A stretch of DNA of 64,000 bases from Mesotaenium endlicherianum (Eukaryota): the NCBI GenBank assembly GCA_009602735.1, contig WELA01001939.1:158862-222861 (forward strand), in the 5' to 3' direction. A program made the position numbers and the translations under genes. Positions 47,801 to 58,607 of this stretch are shown piece after piece. Positions within the stretch are counted from its first letter, which is position 1. Each line of letters opens with the position of its first letter. The notes under the pieces are model-generated. The model worked only from the letters and a program-made list of their open reading frames with translations, was not told the origin of the DNA and did not search any database.

Positions 47801-49210
47801 CCCGCCTGCGCCTATATTTTCCTACAGCATAGGTCCTGCTGGTGATTACTTCGTTGTCATGGTGCAGCCGTGCGTCCTGCCCTGTCTCAACTAAATGAAG
47901 GATAAAGTTGCCGTTGCAGCATGCTGCTGTGAGTCTTACAAGGCAGCGGGGAAGAGGGGGGGTGGAAGGCCGGGGGGGGGGGGCCGTCTGCCTGCCTGCC
48001 ATTGGCTGGTGTCGCGTGCGGGTCTCGCCTCTTTGTGGCGCGTATGCTTCAGGTCGTGCGTGCACACGTCAAGGACTAGCGACAGGTGAATCCTCCAGAT
48101 GCCATTGATGGTCGATGCGCGCCCCGTTCCCACGCCTGTGCACCTTTTCCTTTCGTGTGCCTGTGTGCATGTGTGCGTGTGCGTGCGTGTGCGTGTGTTT
48201 GGCGCGCCTGCGAGCGCAGCATGAACCGGGCGGAGCTGCGGCGGCAGGGCATGGCGTCGCTGCCGCAGCAGGCGTCCAAGAAGTACACGGGCTTCGCCTT
48301 CGACACGCCCGGCTTCGAGTCCTTCTTCGCGCAGCAGGTTTGGCTGGCAGTTTCCATTGCCCCCTCACCCTCTCTTCCCCTTTCCCCCTCTCTTCTTCTC
48401 CTTTCCTCCTCCATTCCCTCCCCTTTCTTCCCCTCCTCTTCTCTCTTCTCCCCTCCCCTTTCCTCCCCTCCTCTCCTCTCTTCTCCCCTCCCCTTTCTTC
48501 CATCCCCTTTCCTCCTTCCCTCCCCATGCCCTGACTTGCAATTGAGTGCCAGCAGAGGACTTGCGTAGGCTCTGTGTGTGCTTTTGCTCTGAAGGCAAGT
48601 GTGCAGGTGCCCTCCACCTTCGGTTTTGCCAGTTGTTGGTGGTCTTTAGTGTTAGATTGCGTGTGTGCACGCATGTGTGTGACATTGTGTCTGCAATTTA
48701 TCCTCTGGATGCTGTTGTCTCGCCAACCCACATGTGCTTGGATGCGTGTGTGTGCGTGCCATTGTGCTCGCATGTGTATGTGTGTCTTGTGTGCTCCTGC
48801 AATGACGCACGTGCGCGTGCCCGCCCTGAACTCGTGTGTCGCAGGAGGGCGTGGGCGCGGGAGGGCGCGCATATGACGTGGCGCGGAGGGCGTCCATGCG
48901 GGCGCGCCGCCGCACGGGGCCCGACGACGAGCTCCCCCACTTCGAGAAGTTTCCGGACCAGATGCCGACGCCACGTCACCTCAGGGGCCTGTCCCCCGCA
49001 GGAGGAGCAGGAGGAGGAGGAGCGGCCGGAGGCGGGCCCGGCTACTCGGAGGGAGGGGCCTTCAGCTCCGGCAACTCCAGCCCCACTGGGAGCCCAATGT
49101 CAGTGGCGGGGCCTGGGGGATACGCGCCTCTAGGGGCGAGAGGCCAGGGGCGGGGCCGGGGGGAAGGGGGCTCGAGCTCTTTGCTGTCGCATGACAACTC
49201 GCTTTTATAG
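23537..49210 (+). CDS. ALA3: Phospholipid-transporting P4-ATPase (lipid flippase), ALA3 clade
   Basis: Visible exons: 23537-23719, 24008-24073, 25984-26045, 27399-27480, 28204-28314, 30420-30516, 30944-31050, 31728-31793, 32059-32180, 32856-32940, 33388-33465, 35132-35281, 36128-36232, 37456-37598, 38029-38194, 39878-40043, 40558-40637, 41407-41640, 43102-43323, 44768-44935, 45797-45995, 48220-48337, 48845-49210. Motifs: [61 protein letters not shown], and ALA3-type [13 protein letters not shown] and DVARRASM. Several expected exons are absent and presumably lie in N gaps. Confidence 0.94.
25236..25508. repeat. Three copies of a 20-bp direct repeat (ttcctcgactgtcactaagt) in an ALA3 intron
   Basis: Identical copies start at about 25236, 25300 and 25487. 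Confidence 0.75.
26750..26900. repeat. Degenerate (CAG)n tract; similar CAG/CTG tracts at about 1917-1947, 2053-2083, 19457-19480, 19811-19835, 28795-28975, 37740-37850 and 46260-46375
   Basis: Directly visible trinucleotide runs, all intronic. Confidence 0.8.
30517..30700. repeat. (GT)n/(GCGT)n compound microsatellite starting at a splice donor
   Basis: About 180 bp of alternating purine-pyrimidine repeat follow the ALA3 exon ending at 30516. Similar tracts recur in many introns. Confidence 0.85.
34890..35030. repeat. Degenerate telomere-like (CCCTAAA/TTTAGGG-type) intronic tract; others at about 9790-9870, 10150-10335, 18300-18370, 35740-35960 and 36600-36670
   Basis: Roughly 6-7-bp periodic variants of aaccctaa/ttagggtt, e.g. 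aaccctaaacccc at about 18304 and ggtttagggttt at about 10320. Confidence 0.5.
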
Positions 49211-52024
49211 ACAATGTGTGTACGTGTGTATGTGTGTATGTGCGTATGATGCGTCAATTTGTGCTAGAGGTTGGGTAGTCCTGGTTTCCGATTAGGTTGG
49301 GTTGGTGGGGGTGGGCTTGGGTGGAGTAGAGGGGGGTGGGGGTGGGGATGGGGGGAAATAGGCTTAGAGGTGGGCTAGTGCTGCTGATGTAGTGATATTG
49401 GTACAGTTAAGGACGCAGTGCGTGCTATCAGGAGGACGCGTCGGAGAGACTGCCTTGTATGCATGCTTGCTTTGACCTTTCCCTCAGAGTAAACAAAGCC
49501 TTGGAAGACGCGCCAAGTATGCGTTCAAACATGGGAGGACTTGCCAGTACCGTGGCGCTTGTGCAATGTAATTTGCCAGTATATGTGATTGCAGATCTGC
49601 CGCGTCTTCGGCACATAATTGCAGACTTCATATGGAAGCCATTGGTGTTTGTTGAATTTTCACCGTAAGTGCATGCTTTGTGGTTGCAATTTGCGCGCTT
49701 GACCAGAGGACCTAGAAGAGGGGGGGTGCTTGTGCTTGTGGGGTGCCGTATGAAACATTTGCACCTGCCGTACATGAAGGTGCATACTGTGTGCTTTGAT
49801 TATATGGTTAAATAATGCCGTCGATGCAAATTCAATTCGTACAATCATTTGGTGGGCATGCAACTGATTTGTACTGTTCATTGGCAGCTAACCTATGTTG
49901 TGCAATTGTACGCAATGCTAGATGGAATGTGCTACAACATGAAAAGTAACTGTACATTAACCGCCAACGACGACCATCTTAACACTGTACGCCCACATGT
50001 TGAACGGGTCGGTGGAACGAGCTAGTTGGCGCACTCTGATATGAGATTGACCATAGCTGACCATTGCCTGAGTGATTCTTGCCATGTCTTTATTCGAAAT
50101 GCGGCAACTGCGTCACTCTATTCTGCCTGCACTAACATAAATTTGGCCCCACGTTTTACTGCGCTGTATATGTGCGATTCTAGTTTGATTCCGATGCGCC
50201 CCATGGAGTGCACCTCTTCTTTATCCCTTCGATGCCGAGGTCCACTCATATGCTCATGGCCATTTTCTTTTTTCGATTACCGTGCACGGTGCAATGGAGA
50301 AGCTAGACTGTGTTCACAGAAGTACTGGAAGAAAGGCCTAAGATGTATGTAGCAGCTGTGTTCAGGCCCCTTTAGGGAGACCACGTTCCGATTTTTCTTC
50401 TGTCTATAAACGTCGACGAGGACTGTGCCAATCTGGTCCTGCTATCCAACCAGTCCTACCGACCCCTGCGCTATGCACTCGAACCAAATTTTTGAAAGAT
50501 TATCAAGGTGCTTTATGGCCATGTCGGCTTTACACTTTTGCTTCAGAGGTTTTTTGTTGCGGGAAGTGTGAGGAGAGCCTCATTTTTGAGGTTCTTTCAG
50601 AAAGCTCTTGACCGTGCTGAACGGTAATTAAGGATCAGCCTGTCTGGAAGTCATGTGTTCTCCTGCACGTATACGTTGGCAGACAAGTTTGTCGACAAGT
50701 TGAAGAGAGACAACATTCTGGAGTCCCTCGGATGCTCTGCGAAGGGAGGGGTGCACACGAGCGAGGCGCGTGGCAGTTGTTGTCAGCATCTGCCGCCGCG
50801 GCTGGCGCTCTTTGGCTGGCGCAGCATGTGCGCACCCATCACAAACTCGAGAAGCGCAGAGGCTGCCCTCCCTTTTCGGCTGGCAAGCCAGCCCCTCTCT
50901 TTTCAGGAGGACTCATCTCTCGTGCACCTCACTGCACTGCAGGGCCTGCATTTTGGCAGGCACGTCCGCTGAAGACGCCGGCGCTCGACTAGCGAGACCA
51001 GGATAGAGCGTAAGAGTGAGCATTGACTGGGAACGTGTGTCTGCACGGGTACATCATTTATGTGCAGGTATAGGAGCACAATTTGCGGCACATTATACGA
51101 TATCAAGTTCCAATACAAAATGTATCAAACTAGCACATGCTCAGCGTAAATTGTTCTCATGTGCTGAAGTAGGAGTGGCAAGCGTTCCGTGAAGTGCCAA
51201 GACGACGCACTAAGGGGCAATGAGAGCTATAGCGTAGAAAGAATAAGAGGTGGAATTTAGGCACAATCACCCAACATGGGGCAATTTATATGCTAAAGTA
51301 GGTGATCCTCACCTAACTTCATTATAGAGAAATAGTGCATCAAACTGTTCAATTTGAGGTTGAACTGACAGATTTCCACTAACTAAAAGTTGCAGTAGAC
51401 ACTTGATGCATCCCGGGTCTCATGTCAAGCAAGCACTCCCAAAAATGTCCAAGTCTAGCATAAACCCTCCAGCAACCCTTATATACAGAATGGTATACTA
51501 GAAGAACATCATCAGGTTCTAAAACGCCCTACTGAACTGACTACAATAACCAAGTCTGGTCCTAACAATAGCTTGGACCCTACTGCTATGTACATGAGCT
51601 GTGACGCTGCCACCTGATGTCCTCAAAACCTCAGCCCTCAAAACCTCAGCCAGATGGTCTTGCTTGGGCTTGCCGGCCTCCCATCCGCCAAGGCTGCCAC
51701 ACACTGCCACAGTTGACAATGAACTCACCTCCCGGCCTGCCTGAGTCGCGCCCTCATACAGCGACCCCGATGCAACCCCAACTGCTGCGAGCGCGAGTGC
51801 CAAGGTACTGAGGGACTGAGACGTTGCCGCCCTTCCAGGCTCGCCACTCGCCAGTACTGACAGCAAGCACGCCAGCAGCACCCGCGCATGTCAGGCCCCC
51901 ACTTGTCTCCTGCTCTGCTTCTCTAAGCATGCGTCGATCCTATGAGGCAATCATCCAAGGAGGCACTGCCTAGCAACGCTGGACTTGTCCTAGCTCTATG
52001 CCAGACTCCCCCCTGCCTCAAAGC

Positions 52025-53574
52025 TCACCCTCGTGGCCTCAAGCCAGCCTCAGAAAGCGGAATACTTGGCGCACAGAGTAGACGAGCTACACAGGTATGG
52101 GCATGTGCCGCAAGGGTAGATAGCTCTGGCTCACGGCTATCAGCACCCCTCAGCCTGGGGTTCCTGCGCATCACCCTGGCTTGGTAGCGCTCCGAGAAGC
52201 GGCAGGGGGGCCTCTGCCGGGCATACTCAGCATACGAGCGAAGCTCACGAACCGTGGGACGCGAGCCGCAGGAACAGTAGATGCGGATGCCTATTCCAGG
52301 CTTGCTCAGCAGCCAAGCAGACGATGACAGCAGCTTGCAGTATTCTACGGTTACGTGCTCTAGAGTAGGCAAGCGTGCGTTGTCGTAAGAGCCTCCAGTG
52401 TGAAAGCCACCAAAGCCACCAACGTTCAGCGTTGTCAGCCGCCTAAGAGGGCGGAGAACGAGCGACGGCGCCGCGGAGCGCAAGCGGAGATCCAGAAAGC
52501 GCAGGCTGGGCGTGCGCTCGAAGAAGTCAGGGGGAAGGTCCCCTGGCTGGAGAACTTACAGCTCGAGCTCCTCCAGAGCGGGTAGGTGGCGCTCCAGCAC
52601 TGGGGCAGCCGGGCTACTGAGATGCATCTGTTTCAGACCCGGGCTGTAGATGACCTCTGGCATGTGCGCCCCCCACGCCTGGCATGATACCCTCAATGAA
52701 GTCAGCGACGGCAGCCGGGGAATCTTCTCGAGCCTGAGGTCACTATAACCTGACTGATCGTCGACAATAAGAGTCTGTAACGAGGTCAATACTCTCAGGG
52801 AACTGAGCAGCTTCGTGGTGCCTATAGTAGCACAGCGACAGCGTCAAGCTAGCAAAGGACTTCAACCTCCCCAGCCACTCCGGCAGCTCCAGCCCCAGCA
52901 TCGAGGCCGGAAGAGTCAAGTGCAGCGTCTCCAGCTCGAGCAGACGTGCGAGTGACTCATTCACAGGCACAGGCAGATCGAGGAGGTAGTCTTCTATGTC
53001 GACATAGATGCTCTGGTAGACCAGCGTCAGCTTCTTCAGACAGACAAGATTGCTGAAGTCCAGGGCGTGTAACATGGCGTGGAACCTCAACAAGAAGCTC
53101 TTTGAGCAAGTCTCCCACAAAGTGCAAAATGCAAACTCCAAGTGCAGCTCCTGTAGGCTCGTGCATCGCTGGAGGACGAGTGCCACGTCTGCCACAGCTT
53201 CTTTCACTTCGTCCTCGACTTCACCCCCCACGTGCAACGTCAGAGACTTAAGTTGGGGACAGCTTGAGTTGGCAAGCCATGCGAGGAGCTGCCTCCTGCT
53301 CTCCCTCTGAACGTCCTTGTCTCCAAGCTCAACGTGTGACACTCTCTTGCACGTCTGCAAAACTCCGAGTGCAGCCTTCACATTGCTCGAGTCCCTGAGG
53401 CGCACGCGTGTGTAGCAACAACGAAGAAGCCCCAGCCATCGACGACAAACACTGCTGAGGGCTGTGACGCGCCTCATGTGCACCCCTCCTTTCTTCGTAC
53501 GCCCCGCAAACTCCAGGATGCAACCCAGGACCTCATCTGGAAGGTCTGCCAATCCTGTCTCCCTTGAGCTTCTC
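52025..53574 (-). pseudogene. F-box/LRR-like protein gene with a frameshift and an in-frame stop
   Basis: N-terminal F-box pattern LADLPDEVLGCILEF...TALSSVCRRW, followed by LxxLxL repeats (LKSLTL, LQELHL, LKKLTL, LETLHL). The frame shifts at about 52790 (QFPES|LTSLQTL). An in-frame TAA at 52556-52558 is followed by further LRR-like sequence (PSLRFLDL, RRLTTLNV) down to 52025. Confidence 0.7.
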
Positions 53575-55988
53575 TGCAGCACGAAGGTGCAAGATAATCA
53601 ATACAAGCTTGGTCCAGCGGGTGCAACAGCATCAACACAAGACCATTACTACAGACGAAATCGTGCTGGTCTCCGCAAAATGCTCAGGCCTGTGAAGCCA
53701 AATTCAACAATAATAGGCCTGGTACCATGATGAGACGAGCAGATCAATGAATCAGATATAGAACAGAAAATAATACATGTCGAACAATGAAGGAGATGCG
53801 CGGTGGTGTAACCTATGCTAAAGAATGCAATTATGATGGTGATTAATATTTATCCCTAGCGGAACTTTCAAGCCACTGACTTCTGATCACCTGAACCTTT
53901 CCCAGTGTCATTGATGGGCGGGATGCACAAAAAATGACTAGTCAAATGGCCCGGTAATAACATAAAAAATAAAAAACGTGAGTACAGCTTCCATGGGTAG
54001 AGAAATTGTGTACCATAATTTTCGCATGAGCAGGGGGGGCTTGTACAGAGTCACACATTTTCCTTTCCCGGCAAGGTCAGTTTTTGTACGTTAGTCGGAG
54101 ATGAAACATGTTTGCCCTTGCACGAATATATAAGAGTCCTCCTTGCTCCTCGAGACCTACCGTATACTGCCGTCGAACTTTCTGAGAGAAGAAACACATT
54201 CTTGAGAAACTAAAGGGTTTCTGGAATATGGATGGTCGCTCAAAATCATTCAGAAGCACGACTGCTGTAGTACTTCGCAAAAGGAGTTGCTGGAGTGGTC
54301 TCTTCACTCGTCACATCAAGGCATGAAGTAGGCCGGTGTCTTAAAACCAGGTCCTAACGGAGCACAGAAACCAACAGAAGCCTTACATGAACATACTCGT
54401 CGGACGCGTCGTGGGTAAATGCGATGATGGTCCTGACTTGCACCATTTTGATCGCATTCATTCTTGACGGAACTTGCTGACGCGACTTTTAGATGTCGCG
54501 ACTACTATCCGTTTGAGGGTGCCGCACGCGCAGCGCAAGCTACGGCCACCCAGGTACGGAAAGTCAACGTGACTCACCGACCACTTGACTGATTTCGTCG
54601 CAGTCGGCGGTTATGTCAGCATCAAGACCACTGGCAAGGGGTCAATGTCAATGTGCCCACACCCAGGAATGGGGGAGGTTTTGACAGCATAAACAGCCGC
54701 GAGACTAGAAGCTGGGGATCAGTGATGAGCCGCCCAGCAGGTACCAAGTCCGGTACTGTGTGACCGGCAGATTAAGCCAGGTCATGGCCGCAATGCCAAG
54801 ATAGATTACGGCCGCCCGGGTGGGAATCTTGAGCAAGTGGCATTTGCTTGTACACACCGTGCAGGAGTTCTTAGCCATGAGCCAATTAGGCGTGACTGCC
54901 AGCTGAGAAGCTAAGCAGCCACGCGCGAAAGTCACGAGGTGTGCATGCATGTTGAGTGACTACGAGCTTGAGTTGAGCATGCCTAGGCAGAAGCGACATG
55001 CAGCTAAGCTTTGTGACTAAGCACGGCATTCTCAAAAGATGACGCTGTGAGGTGCCTGCGAAAGGCACGAATCTTGCCTGAGATATGTCATTCACTCTCA
55101 CGCACTTTTGCCAAGAAGCAGAAGAAGCTGAAGGAAGGAGGAGAAGGGCGCGAAGAAGAAGAAGGAGTTCCCAAGGCCATTAGAGGGCCGAGGCCCCACG
55201 CTTCTGCCGACGCTGAAGATTCTTCTCAGTGTGTCATAGATAAGTTAGGATTGTAGGAGTTCCCAAGAGGGAATCTCACTGTTGAAAGCAGGAGGACTGC
55301 AGAATAGAATCTGCTAGGAGATTAGCACAGATTTGGCCGAACGCCACAAGTGTGTGTGAAGCAGCCTTAAAATGGTAAGTTGTGTGTTAGTTTCCAAATT
55401 CTCAGAAGTCGCATTCGTATCTCGAAGAGAGAGAGTAGTATTGACAGATAAAGCTCTCAGTGAAGAACTGAGTGAGCCTAGCCTGGTAGTGAAGAGCTGC
55501 TAAGGCGCGGTGTTAAGTGAAGAGCTTAACCCAGGCCAGCATAGATGTGTAGTTTCAGAGCTTTGTAAGCTGTGACTTGCGAAAGTTAAGCGAAAGCCTG
55601 AAGGCCGATTTTCTCCTAACCTGACGTTGTATGTCAAGCTGCTTAGAGTGTGATTTCTGCAAACCACAATTTGCTCGCCTGTGAAGTCAAGAACCTTAGG
55701 GCATAAAGTCTATTTGGAAGGAAGAGACTTCCGTCCTATGTAAGAGGAATTAAGGCAAGGCAGGTATTTTTAAGAATTTCTGTTAAAGTCTTAGGATAAG
55801 CAGACAGCGAGAGCTGGGTGAAGAAGAACGTTGCCCTGAGTACTGGCTATGGTTGCATGGTGCAAGTTCAGGAGCCCAGGGATGGGTTAACCCTGGTAAG
55901 GCTTGTCACCGACACACGTGCGAAGATCGATCGACCAGGTCGAAGGCACACGTGCTGAAAGGCTACGCACGTGCCGAGGGACCGACAC

Positions 55989-56336
55989 TGTTAGGCACAA
56001 CATAGATCGAAAATTCACAGACTTTCACATAAATGAAATTGTGCAGTAAAGAATAGAAGTAGGAATGTAGAGGCGCTATTAGAGTACGCGCGCGTAACTT
56101 TTGAAACTGACTTTTAACCTAATCTAATATTAATTTGTATATGTTGTATACTCTTTAGACTTAGCTCACTTACCTCTAAATACTTCCTAATGCATACTTT
56201 GTTCTAAATTTTCTACCTTTTCCTAGAGGGTGGGTGGGTGGACTCTAGTAGCACTACGCACAGTGTGCACTATAATGACTTACTAGCTCCTGCGATGCTG
56301 TTTAGCACTAGGTTTTCTGCTTGTGGAACCATAACA
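55989..56336. mobile_element. Possible solo LTR or LTR-like repeat fragment; adjacent 54900-55990 also looks repeat-derived
   Basis: Termini TGTTAGG...CCATAACA with near-matching 5-bp flanks (gacac/aacac). It shares collinear motifs in opposite orientation with about 22540-22806. No internal retroelement ORF or primer-binding site is seen. Confidence 0.35.
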
Positions 56337-56552
56337 AACACCACTCGAGGCACTCGAGGCTGTTTTTGAACGGTCATTTTAAAATCAGTACTCATGTGGT
56401 GCAAGCAAGTAATACATGTTGTAATGAATCAGTTCATTATTTATTTAATTAATTGCATATATAAATATAACACTAAATAAGTGTTATGTCTATATACTCA
56501 CATGTGCGAGTTCATCTAAATGAATGTATGTCGATGTAATGCGAGTTTACTT

Positions 56553-56659
56553 ACTTTGTCAAAAAGGTCAGCAGGATGACTTTTGTACCATAGTGTAGTT
56601 TGCTGACTTTGTTGAAAAGGTCAGCAGGATGACTTTTGTAACATAGTATAGTTTGCTGA
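56553..56659. repeat. 53-bp tandem duplication
   Basis: Two near-identical units ctttgt..aaaaggtcagcaggatgacttttgta.catagt.tagtttgctga start at 56554 and 56607. Confidence 0.85.
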
Positions 56660-58607
56660 GATTTATATATCAGTTATATACAGGATATAATATCAGTAGG
56701 TTGACATATAGTAAGCTCGCTTGATATTAGTCAATGTACTTAGCTTCAGTACGCTGAGGATAGACATATTCATTTAGATTGTTATTTGTAGATTGGCACA
56801 TGTGACCGTAGTATACTGAAAGTCGGGAGGTCGACTGAGATTCGGTAAACCGATGTCCTACCAGTATGGTTAACTCCTGGGTAGGCGGAGCCGTCGTCAG
56901 TCAACTGAACAGTTAGGACTTCAGTCAACCGACCAATTAATATGGTCGTTATACCTAGATCCGCGGGTCCCAACTTAACGGGTTTCCCACGAAACGGCGC
57001 ACCTTGCGCCGTGGTCAACCAGGTGGTCACTAGGTACATAGCAGGCTGGGATCTCGTGGTCCCTCATTCTGGACAGTAGGCTTTACAGTCGGATTTCTAC
57101 TTGCAAGTGATGTGTGCACTTTTTGGGTTCGTTCTAATGACCAGCCTTCACTGGAATTGCCATGGCTGCTTCGTTTGCGCTCCATTTGGAGCGAACTAGG
57201 ACTTTTCGGAAAGGTCTCGTCAAGATGCATCCGTTGCTGTTAAGTCTGCTCAATTTGGAGTAGTATTGACAGAGTTATGCCCTCTGACATTTCGGGGTCA
57301 CACAGCGGACAGATTCCATGGTTTTTGCACCTAAGTCAGTGGGATGTGTTTGAGCTACTTTATGGTCATCTGAATGAGAGCGCCTTTGCTATTCAGTCCC
57401 CTGATGTTGTGTATGTGCTTACACATGCTTGTATGCCTGGTAGGCAAGACGTCAGGAGTTTCTAAAGGAGAAGCTCTAGTCCTCAAGCTCGCCTCTTTCT
57501 TGTGCCTTGCATTCGTGTGCAACTATGGCACACTACGATAAGTGAGTCAAGGGTTATAGATGAGTAAACGAAATTCATTATAAGGGCGAAGATCGCTCCC
57601 TGATTTCACACGCTTCCACCTATCTCTGATCTTTTATATTTAAATGAAATATATTAATCTTGAATAAGCAAGATTCATTTCACATGTCCACATTCACATT
57701 GAAATAAGCTTTCTAGCCATACTATTATGCCGATTTTAGGGCCGGTATTTAAGGTACTTTTTGTACTCTTAGTGGGACTACACGCGCGCGAGGAAAAAGT
57801 ACATTTTCTTCCGCCGCAATATCCAAAAAAGTACTGCAAAGTGGGGGCTGTTGATTTTTCTTTGCCTACCCTATGGTATGCAGAGTGCATTGCACTTTAT
57901 AGATGTGCAATTCATTCACTACACACAAAGTAGCAACCTCTCAAACTTTGGTGTCAAAATCCACACCAGGTTTTTCTTGGGTGGTTCCATAACTTTAGGG
58001 GCAAGGTGTCCAACCAAAAATATATTTTTTTACATAGCTTGAAGAATACTTCATGCATTTCAATGAAATTGGTTTTGTTGTGTTCACCTCTTACTAAGGG
58101 CCTACTTACAGTGGGCCTTTCCGGTGCATTATTCTTGAACGAAACGTAGGAAAGTGTACGGCTTGAAAAACGACGTGTTTAGGGTCGTTTACAGTGGTTT
58201 CGGGCGGATGATTTCAATATTGAAACGATGTTCAGTTTTGAACGAAATGGCCATTTCGTTCAAGAATACTGAACTTTTCAATTGACCTACAAGAGGTATA
58301 TTGAAAGTCTTGGAAGCTATTCGACCTCGATCCACGACAAGTCACGCCGTTTTTCGTGTCAAATCGACTCCATGTGTACTCAAAGTATGTACGGGGACAG
58401 TGTAGCATATGTCCTTGTCGTACCAGTCACTATTTTTTTGATCGATATGGCGCGAGCCCATGAAGGCCTACGATCAGGGAAAGATGTAACCCTAAAGTAG
58501 AATAGACTCCTGCATCGATCGACAAATGGCAAAAGAACTCCCACAGTGTGACAGCAAAAAGGCTAGCTTCTCAGTGTTAACTCTTCAACAATTCTGACTC
58601 CAGCATT

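Noticed and set aside
50655..51881. Short GC-rich ORFs at 50655-51006 (+) and 51519-51881 (-)
   Set aside because: No recognisable motif or consistent splice structure supports calling them genes.
52547..52559. 13-nt gtaagttctccag stretch (minus strand) as a mini-intron removing the F-box gene stop
   Set aside because: It is too short for a spliceosomal intron in this lineage, and removing it would shift the otherwise continuous LRR frame.
56960..57016. Hammerhead or twister ribozyme (gaaac-stem-gt; ggtcccaa)
   Set aside because: There is no CUGANGA core, the cleavage triplet would be GUG, and the remaining twister consensus is absent.
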